Source: Candidatus Eiseniibacteriota bacterium
Lineage (GTDB): Bacteria > Eisenbacteria > RBG-16-71-46
Reading direction: 5' to 3'
DNA: 64,000 nucleotides
NCBI GenBank assembly: GCA_963717935.1
Contig: CAVQXP010000004.1
Coordinates: 1,120,001-1,184,000, forward strand
The stretch's first letter is position 1, and every line of letters begins with the position of its first letter. Position numbers and translations under genes: made by a program. The notes below the pieces were generated by a model, which was not told where the DNA came from, made no database searches, and worked only from the letters and a program-made list of their open reading frames with translations. Shown here in pieces: positions 42,854-52,058 of the stretch.

Positions 42854-43671
42854 GCGACGAGCCCCGCAGCGTCGCGCCCGCGGAGCCTGACGCCGCGCCC
42901 GCGCCGGCCCCGGAGTCCTGGCCGGGCGTGGAGCGCCGCCGGCCCGGCCGCGCCCTGCGCACCGCGCTGCTCCTGCTGGTGCTGGCCGGCGGGGCGTTCG
43001 CCACCGGCATGGCGCTCTTCAACGGGCTGGTGATGCCCCGGCTCATCCATCGCCGTGGCGAGGTGCGCGTGCCGGATCTTGCGAGCCTGAGAGTGGAGCA
43101 GGCCGAGCAGTCCCTGCGGCAGCTCGGGCTCAAGCTCTCGCGTTCGGGGGAGCGCTTCGACCTGGCCGTGCCGCGCGGGCTCATCCTGCAGCAGGATCCG
43201 CCGCCGCGGAGCGCCGTGCGCGCGGGCCGCCGCGTGCTCGTGGTCGTGAGTCTGGGCGAGGAGTTCAGCTCGGTGCCGCAATTGTTCGGCACCTCGCTGC
43301 GGGGCGCGCGCGTCCTGATCGAGCGCACCGGGCTCTCCGTGGGCGGCGTCACGCGTGCGCCCTCGGAGGACGTGGGCGAGGGGCTCGTCGTGGGCACGGA
43401 CCCGCCGGCCGAGAGCGTGCTGCCGCGCGAGACCCCGGTGGGCCTGCTGGTCTCGACCGGCAGCGCGGCCGAGAGCCACGTGATGCCCGAGTTGTTCGGC
43501 CGCGACCTGCTCGCCGTGCGCCGCCAGCTGGAGTCCTTCGGTTTCCGCGTGGTGAGCCCCGAGGGCCCGGGCTCGCGCGGCATGATCATCGTGCAGCAGC
43601 CGGCGCCCGGCGCGCGCATGGACCGCGGCACCGTCGTCACCCTGCAGGGCAACGGGAGGTCATCTTCATGA
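42850..43671 (+). CDS. PASTA-domain membrane protein (three PASTA repeats, no kinase domain)
   Basis: TM helix then VPDL..., VPQL..., MPEL... repeats with QDPP/TDPP/QQPAP. Confidence 0.85.
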   Translation: MSDEPRSVAPAEPDAAPAPAPESWPGVERRRPGRALRTALLLLVLAGGAFATGMALFNGLVMPRLIHRRGEVRVPDLASLRVEQAEQSLRQLGLKLSRSGERFDLAVPRGLILQQDPPPRSAVRAGRRVLVVVSLGEEFSSVPQLFGTSLRGARVLIERTGLSVGGVTRAPSEDVGEGLVVGTDPPAESVLPRETPVGLLVSTGSAAESHVMPELFGRDLLAVRRQLESFGFRVVSPEGPGSRGMIIVQQPAPGARMDRGTVVTLQGNGRSSS

Positions 43672-44345
43672 GCCCCTCGCCGCATCCGCTCGCCGGTCCC
43701 ATCGCCGCCCCGTCCATCCTGTCGGCGGATCTCGCGCGCCTGGGCGAGGCGCTGGCACTCGTGGATCCGGCGCGCGACTGGGTGCACTGCGACGTGATGG
43801 ACAACCACTTCGTGCCGAACCTCACCTTCGGTCCGCTCATCGTGGCCGCGTCGCGGCGGCTCTCGGCAGCGTTCCTCGACGTTCACCTCATGGTCGAGCG
43901 GCCCGAGACCCTGATCGCGCGCTTCCGCGAGGCCGGGGCCGACCTCATCACCGTGCACGTCGAGGCCTGCGCCGACCCCGCCGCGACGCTGACCGCCGTC
44001 CGGGCGACCGGTGCGCGCGCGGGGCTCACGCTCAGGCCGGGCACGCCGTTCGCCCGGGCCGAGCCCTGGCTCCAGGACCTCGACCTGTTCCTGGTCATGA
44101 CGGTCGAGCCGGGCTTCGGCGGGCAGGCGTTCATGCCCGGCATGCTGGAGAAGGTGCGCGCGGCGCGCGACTGGCGCGAGCGGCACGGGGCGCGCTACCT
44201 GATCGAGGTGGACGGCGGCATCTCGTCCGCGACGGCGCCGCAGTGCCGCGCGGCCGGGGCGGATGTGTTCGTGGCGGGCAACGCCATCTACGGACAGAGC
44301 GATCCGAAACAGGCGCTCGAGGCGCTGCGCGCCGCGATCCGCTAG
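43668..44345 (+). CDS. rpe: Ribulose-phosphate 3-epimerase
   Basis: APSILSAD, HCDVMD, DVHLM, MTVEPGFGGQ, EVDGGI. Confidence 0.96.
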   Translation: MSPSPHPLAGPIAAPSILSADLARLGEALALVDPARDWVHCDVMDNHFVPNLTFGPLIVAASRRLSAAFLDVHLMVERPETLIARFREAGADLITVHVEACADPAATLTAVRATGARAGLTLRPGTPFARAEPWLQDLDLFLVMTVEPGFGGQAFMPGMLEKVRAARDWRERHGARYLIEVDGGISSATAPQCRAAGADVFVAGNAIYGQSDPKQALEALRAAIR

Positions 44346-44403
44346 GACGGCCGCTTCGCGGGTCGCCTGCGGCGCTGCCCGTGAACGCGCAGGGAGGGAA
44401 GCG

Positions 44404-44925
44404 ATGGGGCAACTGGACGGCGTCCTGAACCCCGACGAGAGGCTCCTGTTCCGCACCCGGCTGCACTGGCTGCCGTGCGCGCCGTCCGCGCTCGCCGTCT
44501 CGCTGCTCGGCGCGGTGGTGATCGCCGCGCTGCTGGTCTTCGCGCGCGGTCCGGTGGCCGACCAGTTCGCGCGCGCGCCCCTGACGGCCTCGATCCTCGC
44601 GCTCGGGCTGGCGCTCGTGGTGGTCATGCCCCTGGTCGTCGTCCGTTTCCTGGTCGCCACGCACGAGTTCGGGGTGACCGACCGGCGCGTGATCGCGCGC
44701 ATGGGCTGGGTCAGCACCCGCACCGTGGACCTGAACGTGACCAAGGTGGAGTCGCTGGTGATCGAGCAGGGCGCGCTCGGCCGCCTGTTCCGCTACGGCG
44801 ACCTGAAGGTCGTGGGCACCGGCGGGACCGCCGAGACCTTCCGCGGCGTGAAGGACCCGATCGGCTTCCGCAAGGCGGTGAACCTGGCCGCGGACCGCGT
44901 GGGCGGGAAGACCGGGGAGGGGTGA
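44404..44925 (+). CDS. Bacterial PH-domain (bPH_2) membrane protein
   Basis: Two TM helices, EFGVTDRRVI, KVES, QG.LGRLF.YG.L.V.GTGG. Confidence 0.8.
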   Translation: MGQLDGVLNPDERLLFRTRLHWLPCAPSALAVSLLGAVVIAALLVFARGPVADQFARAPLTASILALGLALVVVMPLVVVRFLVATHEFGVTDRRVIARMGWVSTRTVDLNVTKVESLVIEQGALGRLFRYGDLKVVGTGGTAETFRGVKDPIGFRKAVNLAADRVGGKTGEG

Positions 44926-44931
44926 GGACCG

Positions 44932-46758
44932 TCAACGGGCAGGCGGCTGCGCAAGTGCTGCTGGCGATCGCACCTGGCGCATGATCTGCGCGGCCAGCCA
45001 GCCGGTGGAGTCGCGCACGGCGCTCACCGGGTAGCCCATCCTTCCGGCGACGAGCGCGTAGCACGACTCGGCGCGCGCCGTGTCACCCATCAGTTGATGG
45101 CAGGCCCCCGCGTAGATCAGCCCGTGCGTGCCCCACGGCAGTGAGCCCAGCTTGCCGTACTCCGTCGCGGCCGCAGGCAGGTCCCAGGCGCGCAGGAACA
45201 GACCCGCAAGGTCCTCGTGATTGTCCTCCCACGAGGGGTTCAGGCGCCGCGCGCTCTCCACGTCCTCGGGTCCCCTGAAGACCTCGATCATGCCAGCCGC
45301 GCTGTCGAATCTGAAGAAGAAGTCGCGGTTTTCGTGGCCGTCGGTGCGGGGCGTGTACTGCGAGTAGTAGAGCCCTCTCAGGGTCGTGTCGCGGTACCAC
45401 ACGCGCAGACTCGGGCCGTCCCCCGCCAGGAGGCCGATGTTGTTGGGAATGTGCACGAAGAAGACGCGGGAGGACGGTGGGAAGGACGGGTGCTGGCGCA
45501 GCAGTTCCGTGCGGATCGCCCCGAGGATGCTCCCGGCGCGGCGCTGGTACCACTCGCTGCCCCAGTCCCACGACAGCGTGTGCGCCTGTGTGGAGCGCAG
45601 CAGGGCCAGGAGCGCCACCACCAGCACGGCTGCGCGCGGCCGTGCGGACAGCCAGGTCCCGAGAAGCAGCCACGCGCCGAGGGAGCCCATCACGCCGTAA
45701 TAGGCGTGCCAGCCGATCGAGGGCATGAGCAGGATGCTCCAGCCCGCCAGCGCCCAGACGAATCCCAACACCATGACACCCGTCGGCCGCGGGCGCACCT
45801 GACCGCTGGCGGAACGCACGGCCGTCAGCCACACGAAACCGGCCAGGATGGCCGCGCCCAGAGCACCCTGTGCCAGCGCCTGGCTGGCGTAGTCGCCCGG
45901 ATTCGGCCACGAGTCGAGGTTGACCTGCGCCAGCACGGTCCTGACCATCGTCCCGGTCGTGGACAGTCGCTGCGTGGTCTCCAGCGACGTGCGGAGGGGC
46001 CCGAAGAACCTCGCCCCGAGCAGCGGGTGGATGACGGCCCAGGCCAGGGCGATGAGCCAGAAGGGCGCGGTGCGCACGGCGGTCTCCCGCGCGCTTCGTC
46101 TCTCGACGAGGACCAGGTAGGCGACGGCCAGCCCGGGCAGGATCGCTCCGGACTCCTTGCTCAGCAGGGCCAGGGCCAGCGCCATCGCCGAGGCGATCCG
46201 TCGCCCGCGAGCCAGCAGATGCAGGAAGACCAGCGTGAAGAACAGGACCCACAGATCCTGGACTCCCGCGACCCAGGACAGCGGGGTGCCCCAGAGCGCC
46301 AGGCTGGCCAGTCCGGCGGTCGCGACCGAAGCCGCCGCCGAGCCGGCGAGGCGGCGCACCCAGGTGAAGTAGAGGCTCATGAGGCCCAGCCAGAGCGCGA
46401 AGCTGGCCACGTGGAACGGGAGCTCCCGCGTGCCGAAGAGGTGCTGGAGCCACCAGTAGTGCAGCTCCCGCGACCACGGCCGGTACCAGCCGAAGATGAG
46501 GTCGTGCCGCTTCCAGAGCGAAGCGAAGGAGGCGGTGCGAGTGAGATCCAGGAAGCAGAAGTCGTCGTTGACGAACGCCAGGGTGAGGAAACGGGCATAC
46601 TGGGTGGCGAGGAACAGACCCAGGGCGAGCGCGGCCAGCAGCAGGCCGGCGTGTCGGTCAGCAGCTCCGCCGACGGTGGCGCCGGCCGGTGGCGCCACCG
46701 TCGCGGCGGGACCCTCGAGCGCCTGGTGGGACAGCCTCGACGGGCGTGAACGCTTCAT
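44932..46758 (-). CDS. Polytopic membrane protein, putative GT-C fold glycosyltransferase with C-terminal TPR-like segment
   Basis: FVNDDF after first TM, WYRPW, ALLSKE motifs; start uncertain. Confidence 0.65.
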   Translation of the reverse strand: MKRSRPSRLSHQALEGPAATVAPPAGATVGGAADRHAGLLLAALALGLFLATQYARFLTLAFVNDDFCFLDLTRTASFASLWKRHDLIFGWYRPWSRELHYWWLQHLFGTRELPFHVASFALWLGLMSLYFTWVRRLAGSAAASVATAGLASLALWGTPLSWVAGVQDLWVLFFTLVFLHLLARGRRIASAMALALALLSKESGAILPGLAVAYLVLVERRSARETAVRTAPFWLIALAWAVIHPLLGARFFGPLRTSLETTQRLSTTGTMVRTVLAQVNLDSWPNPGDYASQALAQGALGAAILAGFVWLTAVRSASGQVRPRPTGVMVLGFVWALAGWSILLMPSIGWHAYYGVMGSLGAWLLLGTWLSARPRAAVLVVALLALLRSTQAHTLSWDWGSEWYQRRAGSILGAIRTELLRQHPSFPPSSRVFFVHIPNNIGLLAGDGPSLRVWYRDTTLRGLYYSQYTPRTDGHENRDFFFRFDSAAGMIEVFRGPEDVESARRLNPSWEDNHEDLAGLFLRAWDLPAAATEYGKLGSLPWGTHGLIYAGACHQLMGDTARAESCYALVAGRMGYPVSAVRDSTGWLAAQIMRQVRSPAALAQPPAR

Positions 46759-47019
46759 CGCGGGAGCGTCTTCGTGGTCATGTTCCGGCGTGGCCTCTTT
46801 CGTGCCGGCTTTCGGACCGGAGCGCACCGATCATCAGCATCCTGCAGGCGTGGCGTCCGGGATGTCCAGCCCGGGGATTGGCCGCGGGGGGCGGCGGAGG
46901 CGGGCAGGTCGCCCCGGGGACGCACCAGAGCGCGACACCCGGTCGTCTGCGCCTGCCGGTTCCCTGCGGTGGACCCATGTGGTAATTTCCTTCGCCTCTT
47001 TGCCGAACGGAAAGGACCC

Positions 47020-48348
47020 GTGTTCGAAGCACTGACCGACCGACTGCAGGGCATCGTCCGGAACCTGACCGGGCAGGCTCGCATCACGCCCGAGAACATC
47101 CGGGAGAGCCTGCGGGAGGTCCGCCGCGCACTGCTCGAGGCCGACGTGCAGGTCGGGGTGGCGCGCGACTTCGTCGCCCGGGTCGAGGCGCGGGCGGTGG
47201 GCGAGGAGGTGCTGAAGAGCCTCTCGGCGGGGCAGCAGGTCGTGGGGATCGTCAAGGACGAGCTCGAGAGCCTGCTGGGGCGCACGCCGGTGACGCTGGC
47301 CGGCTCGCCGCACGTCCCGACCGTGGTGCTGCTCGCGGGCCTGCAGGGCTCGGGCAAGACCACGTTCGCGGGCAAGCTGGCCGTATGGCTCAAGGCGCGC
47401 ACGAAGCGCGTGCTGCTGGCGAGCGCGGACGTCTACCGCCCCGCGGCGGTGGACCAGCTCGAGCGGGTGGCGGAGCAGGCGGGGGCGGGATTCTGGCGCG
47501 CGCCGGAGGGCACGCTGCCGGTCGAGATCGCGCGCGGAGCGCTGGAACAGGCGCGCGCGCGCGGCTTCGACTTCCTGGTGTTCGACACGGCGGGGCGGCT
47601 CCAGATCGACGAGCCGATGATGGCCGAGCTGGAGGCGCTCAAGCAGGCCGTCCGCGCACACCAGGTGCTGCTGGTGGTGGACGGGATGACGGGGCAGGAG
47701 GCGGTCAGGATCGGGCAGACCTTCGCCCAGCGCGTGGGCGTGGACGGCCTGGTGCTCAGCAAGATGGACGGCGACGCGCGCGGTGGCGCCGCGCTGTCGC
47801 TGCGGCAGGTGACGGGCAGGCCCATCCTGTTCCTGGGCGTGGGCGAGAAGCTCGACGGGCTCGAGACCTTCGACCCGGCGCGGCTCGCCGGGCGCATCCT
47901 CGGCATGGGCGACATCGTCGGGCTGGTGGAGAAGGCGCGCCTGGCGGTGAACGAGCAGGAAGCGGCGCAGTTGGCCGAGAAGCTGCGGCGCACCGATTTC
48001 ACGCTGGACGACTTCCTCGAGCAGCTCGTGCAGGTGAAGAAGATGGGGCCGCTCGAGGACCTGATGAAGATGCTGCCCGGGATGCCCAGGGCGGCGCTGG
48101 AGCAGGCCAGGCCCGACAATGGCCGGCTCAAGCGCTACGAGGCCATCCTGCTCAGCATGACGAAGCAGGAGCGGAGATCGCCGCGGGTGATCGACGGCAG
48201 CCGGCGGCGGCGCATCGCCGCGGGCAGCGGCACGGCGGTGAGCGACGTGAATCAGTTGTTGCGGGATTTCGAGCAGGCGCGCACGCTGATGAAGCGCCTG
48301 AAGCATGGGCCGCGCGGTCTGGCGGGGCTCAGACGCGGCCGCGGCTAG
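47020..48348 (+). CDS. ffh: Signal recognition particle protein
   Basis: ALLEADV, GLQGSGKTT, DTAGR, KMDGDARGG, RILGMGD, SRRRRIAAGSG. Confidence 0.96.
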   Translation: MFEALTDRLQGIVRNLTGQARITPENIRESLREVRRALLEADVQVGVARDFVARVEARAVGEEVLKSLSAGQQVVGIVKDELESLLGRTPVTLAGSPHVPTVVLLAGLQGSGKTTFAGKLAVWLKARTKRVLLASADVYRPAAVDQLERVAEQAGAGFWRAPEGTLPVEIARGALEQARARGFDFLVFDTAGRLQIDEPMMAELEALKQAVRAHQVLLVVDGMTGQEAVRIGQTFAQRVGVDGLVLSKMDGDARGGAALSLRQVTGRPILFLGVGEKLDGLETFDPARLAGRILGMGDIVGLVEKARLAVNEQEAAQLAEKLRRTDFTLDDFLEQLVQVKKMGPLEDLMKMLPGMPRAALEQARPDNGRLKRYEAILLSMTKQERRSPRVIDGSRRRRIAAGSGTAVSDVNQLLRDFEQARTLMKRLKHGPRGLAGLRRGRG

Positions 48349-48385
48349 CACGCGGCGCACATCACGAGGCAGAGGAGGATTCAAG

Positions 48386-48814
48386 ATGGCGGTGGTGATC
48401 CGTCTCATGCGGGCCGGCGCGAAGAAGCGGCCCTTCTATCGGCTGGTGGCGGCGGACTCGCGGCGGCAGCGCGACGGGCGGTTCCTGGAGATCCTGGGGC
48501 ACTACAACCCCATCACCCAGCCCTTCGAGTTGGTCGTGCAGAAGGACAAGGTGCAGGAGTGGCTGGACAAGGGCGCCCGGCCCAGCCAGCAGGTGGCGTC
48601 GCTGCTGCGCTCGACCGGGATGATGCTCGGCAAGGCGTCGAAGCCCACGAAGAAGGCAGTGCCCGCGGGCGCCGCGGCCAAGCCGCGCAAGCGTCTCAAG
48701 CGGCGCACGGTCTCGGCGCGCAAGACCAAGGTGAAGGCGGCGAAGGCGTCGGCGAAGAAGGCCGGCAAGGTGGTGCCGAAGAAGGGCGCCAAGCGGAAGG
48801 CGGCCGCGAAGTAG
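48386..48814 (+). CDS. rpsP: 30S ribosomal protein S16 with Lys/Ala-rich C-terminal tail
   Basis: IRLMRAGAKKRPFYRLVAADSR..RDGRFLE.LG.YNP, W..KGA.PS. Confidence 0.95.
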   Translation: MAVVIRLMRAGAKKRPFYRLVAADSRRQRDGRFLEILGHYNPITQPFELVVQKDKVQEWLDKGARPSQQVASLLRSTGMMLGKASKPTKKAVPAGAAAKPRKRLKRRTVSARKTKVKAAKASAKKAGKVVPKKGAKRKAAAK

Positions 48815-48832
48815 GGCCGCAGCACAGCACGG

Positions 48833-48888
48833 CCCCGCGCCCGGGGCACGGGCTCCGCGCCCCACGCGGAGCCCGCCGGGGCGCGGGG
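48833..48888 (+). terminator. Extended GC hairpin after rpsP
   Basis: Inner 11-bp stem 48849-48859/48865-48875 plus outer imperfect stem; no U-tract. Confidence 0.5.
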
Positions 48889-48908
48889 TGCGAGCCGCGG
48901 AGCCTCCC

Positions 48909-49256
48909 ATGAGAACGTCGCCGAGTCATGCGCTGGCGTTGCTGTTCCTGCTGGCCGGGCTGTCGGTGGCCGGCTGCGCCCGGCGCGAGCCCGTGCCGGA
49001 CGTGGCTGCGCTGCAGGCGCGCTCGCAGGCGCTGATCGACGCGGGGAACACCTGCTACCGCGCCGGCGACCACGCCACCGCGGCCAAGCGCTACCGCGCC
49101 GCCATGGTCGTGAAACCCGACGACCCGGTCGCCTACTTCGGTCTGGGCATGGCGCTCACGAAGCTCGGACGCGACGAAGAGGCGCGCCAGGCCTACGCGC
49201 GAGCGCGCGAACTCGCGCAGCAGGCGCGGAGCGCGAGCCGGGACACCGCGCGCTGA
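48909..49256 (+). CDS. Small TPR lipoprotein
   Basis: Lipobox VAGC; TPR-like AYFGLGMALTKLGRDEEARQAY. Confidence 0.75.
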   Translation: MRTSPSHALALLFLLAGLSVAGCARREPVPDVAALQARSQALIDAGNTCYRAGDHATAAKRYRAAMVVKPDDPVAYFGLGMALTKLGRDEEARQAYARARELAQQARSASRDTAR

Positions 49257-49410
49257 AGGTGGGACGGGCGAGTCGATCCGGCGCGCTGAAGGCGGATGGG
49301 GTCGGGCGCCCGGTCCGTCCGCCGGTCACGACGCAGCCGGATGCGTGGGACCGTAGGCTTCGAGTCAGGTGCCAGCCGGTCCCCTGGCCGGGGCCCTCCG
49401 GAGAGGCGAC

Positions 49411-50193
49411 ATGAAACGCCAGCTGAAGAAGATGATCGTCGGGACGCCCTGGGAGCCGCTGGCCAGAAGGCTGCATGCGGCCTTCCTGCGTGCAGGCTCG
49501 TCTGACGTGGAGGACAGGAACCGCCAGTACGACATCCAGACTCTCGAGGTGATGCGGCGAGTCCTGCGGAAGGACTCGAACTGCGTCGATGTCGGCTGCC
49601 ACCAGGGCAGCATCCTGAGGGAGATGCTGCGGTTCGCGCCCGCAGGGACTCACTTTGCCTTCGAGCCGCTCCCCGGGATGTACCAGGGGTTGAGGGAATC
49701 CTTCGGGGGTCTCGCGAACCTCCATCTCCACGACTGCGCCTTGAGCGATGTCGCAGGGACGACGTCCTTTCAGCACGTCGTGAGCAATCCCGGCTACAGC
49801 GGTTTCCGCCGGCGAAGGTACGACAGGCCCCACGAGCAGGTTCGGCAGATCATGGTCAGGACGGACCTGCTCGACAACCTCGTGACCGGGGACATCTCGA
49901 TCCAGTTCATCAAGGTCGATGTGGAGGGCGCCGAACTCCAGGTGTTCAGGGGCGCCCTGGAGACGATCAGGAGGAGTCGGCCGACGATCGTCTTCGAACA
50001 CGGGCGTGGTGCCGCGGGCTGTTACGGAACCGGCCCCGGGGACATCTACGAGCTGCTGGTGGGACGGTGTGGCTTGAGGCTGTTCCTCATGGCCGAGTGG
50101 CTTGGAAGCGGCGGCAGCGCGTCTCTGGACAGGGAGGCCTTCCGCGAACAGTTTGCGAGCGGCAGGAACTACTACTTCATGGCCGCGCCCTGA
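49411..50193 (+). CDS. FkbM family methyltransferase
   Basis: VDVGCHQG, AFEP, FIKVDVEGAE, IVFE. Confidence 0.88.
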   Translation: MKRQLKKMIVGTPWEPLARRLHAAFLRAGSSDVEDRNRQYDIQTLEVMRRVLRKDSNCVDVGCHQGSILREMLRFAPAGTHFAFEPLPGMYQGLRESFGGLANLHLHDCALSDVAGTTSFQHVVSNPGYSGFRRRRYDRPHEQVRQIMVRTDLLDNLVTGDISIQFIKVDVEGAELQVFRGALETIRRSRPTIVFEHGRGAAGCYGTGPGDIYELLVGRCGLRLFLMAEWLGSGGSASLDREAFREQFASGRNYYFMAAP

Positions 50194-50261
50194 TGAGAGC
50201 GCCGGTTCGCCTCGGCCCCGCAGGGCCACGGGGACCCGGCGTCAGGCACACGGAGGCTGAC

Positions 50262-50591
50262 ATGCAGATGACCGGCATCCCCTTTGGAGTCACCGACTGG
50301 TCGTCCGTTGAGCGAACCGAACACAAGGGCGAATCGGGCGTCGCGTATTGGCGCACGCGCGAGTTCGGCGGCATCCGGGTCCGCCTGGTCGAGTACACCC
50401 CGGGCTACCTGGCGGACCACTGGTGCGCGAAGGGGCATGTCCTCCTGTGCCTCGAGGGCGAGCTGCGCACGGAGCTCGAGGATGGCCGGACGGTCGTCCT
50501 GAGACCGGGCATGAGCTACCAGGTCGCGGACGGGGCCGAACCGCATCGCTCCTCCACCGGGATCGGCGCGAAGCTGTTCATCGTCGACTGA
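50262..50591 (+). CDS. DHCW-motif cupin fold protein
   Basis: VEYTPGYLADHWCAKGH, GMSYQV, HRS, KLFIVD. Confidence 0.85.
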   Translation: MQMTGIPFGVTDWSSVERTEHKGESGVAYWRTREFGGIRVRLVEYTPGYLADHWCAKGHVLLCLEGELRTELEDGRTVVLRPGMSYQVADGAEPHRSSTGIGAKLFIVD

Positions 50592-50777
50592 ATCGCCCGA
50601 CCTCCCCGGCGCCGGGCGACCTCGGGGCGGACCCGGGCCGCCGCGTCCTTCCGGGATGCGCGGCCACGTTCCCGATCGCGTGCGTGCGCCCGCGCCGCTT
50701 TCCCTCGCCCGTGCCCTCGTTGTAGTCTGGGCCGCGATCCGAGGCTTCACCCTGGCGCCACTTTCGGACGGGAGCCC

Positions 50778-52058
50778 ATGCACGATCTCAAGTTCCTGCG
50801 CAACCACCGTGAGCGCGTCGAGGCAGGCGTGGCCCTCAAGGGCATGACCGTGAACCTGGGGCGCTTCTACGAGATCGAGGAACGCCGCCTCGCGTTGCTG
50901 CACGAGAGCGAGCAGCTCAAGGCCCGGCGCAACGCGGTCACCCAGGAGGTCGGCGCGCGCCGGCAGTCCGGGCAATCGGCCGACGAGCTGATCGCGCAGA
51001 GCCGCGAGCTGGGCGAGCGCATCAAGCGGCTCGACGCGGAACTCAAGACGCTCGAGGAAGAGAGCGCCGAGCTGGCGGCGTGGATCCCCAACCTGCCGCA
51101 CGAGAGCACCCCGCCGGGCAAGGACACGGCGCAGAACCAGGTCAAGCGCACCTGGGGCGAGCTGGCGGCGTTCGGCTTCGAGGCGCAGCCGCACTGGGAC
51201 CTGGCCACGCGGCTCGGGCTGCTCGACTTCGCGCGGGCGCCCAAGATCTCGGGCTCGGGCTTCCTGCTCTTCACCGGGCGCGGCGCGCGTCTGGAGCGGG
51301 CGCTCATCAACTTCATGCTGGACTTCCACACCGTGCACCACGGCTACACCGAGGTCTCGGTGCCGCACGTGGTGCGGCGGGCGGCGCTGTTCGGCACCGG
51401 CCAGCTGCCCAAGCTGGAAGGCGACATGTACCACATCGGTGAGGACGATCTATTCCTGAACCCGACGGCCGAGGTGCCGGTCACCAACATCTACCGCGAC
51501 GAGATCCTCGAACCCGGCATGGTGCCCATGTACCTCACGGCCCACTGCGCCTCCTACCGGCGCGAGGCCGGCACCTACGGCGCGGACACGCGTGGCATGG
51601 TGCGCGTGCACCAGTTCGACAAGGTGGAGCTGGTCAAGATCGTGCCGCCGCAGACCAGCTACGATGAACACGAGAGGCTGGCGCGCGACGTGGCCGAGAT
51701 CTTCGAGGCGCTGGAGCTGCCTTACCGGCAGGTGCTGCTGTGCAGCGGCGACACGTCGTTCGCCGCGGCCAAGTGCTACGACTTCGAGGTCTGGGCGCCG
51801 GGCATCAAGGCCTGGCTCGAGTGCTCCTCGTGCTCGAACTTCGAGGACTTCCAGGCGCGCCGCATGAATCTGCGCTTCCGCCGCGAGGCGGGGGCGAAGG
51901 CCGAGCACCCGCACACGTTGAACGCCTCGGGCGTGGCGCTGCCGCGCACCTTCGCGGCACTGCTCGAGAACCACCAGACCGCGACGGGGACGGTGCGCAT
52001 CCCGTCCGCCCTGCGCCCGTACCTCGACGGCCTCGAGGAGATCGTGCCAGAGGGGTGA
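50778..52058 (+). CDS. serS: Serine--tRNA ligase
   Basis: GTGQLPK, PTAEVP, RREAG, RVHQFDKVE, SSCSN, HTLNASG. Confidence 0.96.
   Translation: MHDLKFLRNHRERVEAGVALKGMTVNLGRFYEIEERRLALLHESEQLKARRNAVTQEVGARRQSGQSADELIAQSRELGERIKRLDAELKTLEEESAELAAWIPNLPHESTPPGKDTAQNQVKRTWGELAAFGFEAQPHWDLATRLGLLDFARAPKISGSGFLLFTGRGARLERALINFMLDFHTVHHGYTEVSVPHVVRRAALFGTGQLPKLEGDMYHIGEDDLFLNPTAEVPVTNIYRDEILEPGMVPMYLTAHCASYRREAGTYGADTRGMVRVHQFDKVELVKIVPPQTSYDEHERLARDVAEIFEALELPYRQVLLCSGDTSFAAAKCYDFEVWAPGIKAWLECSSCSNFEDFQARRMNLRFRREAGAKAEHPHTLNASGVALPRTFAALLENHQTATGTVRIPSALRPYLDGLEEIVPEG

Noticed and set aside
46830..47019. SRP RNA or other ncRNA upstream of ffh
   Set aside because: No recognisable SRP helix-8 motif; no tRNA, rRNA or CRISPR patterns seen anywhere in the window
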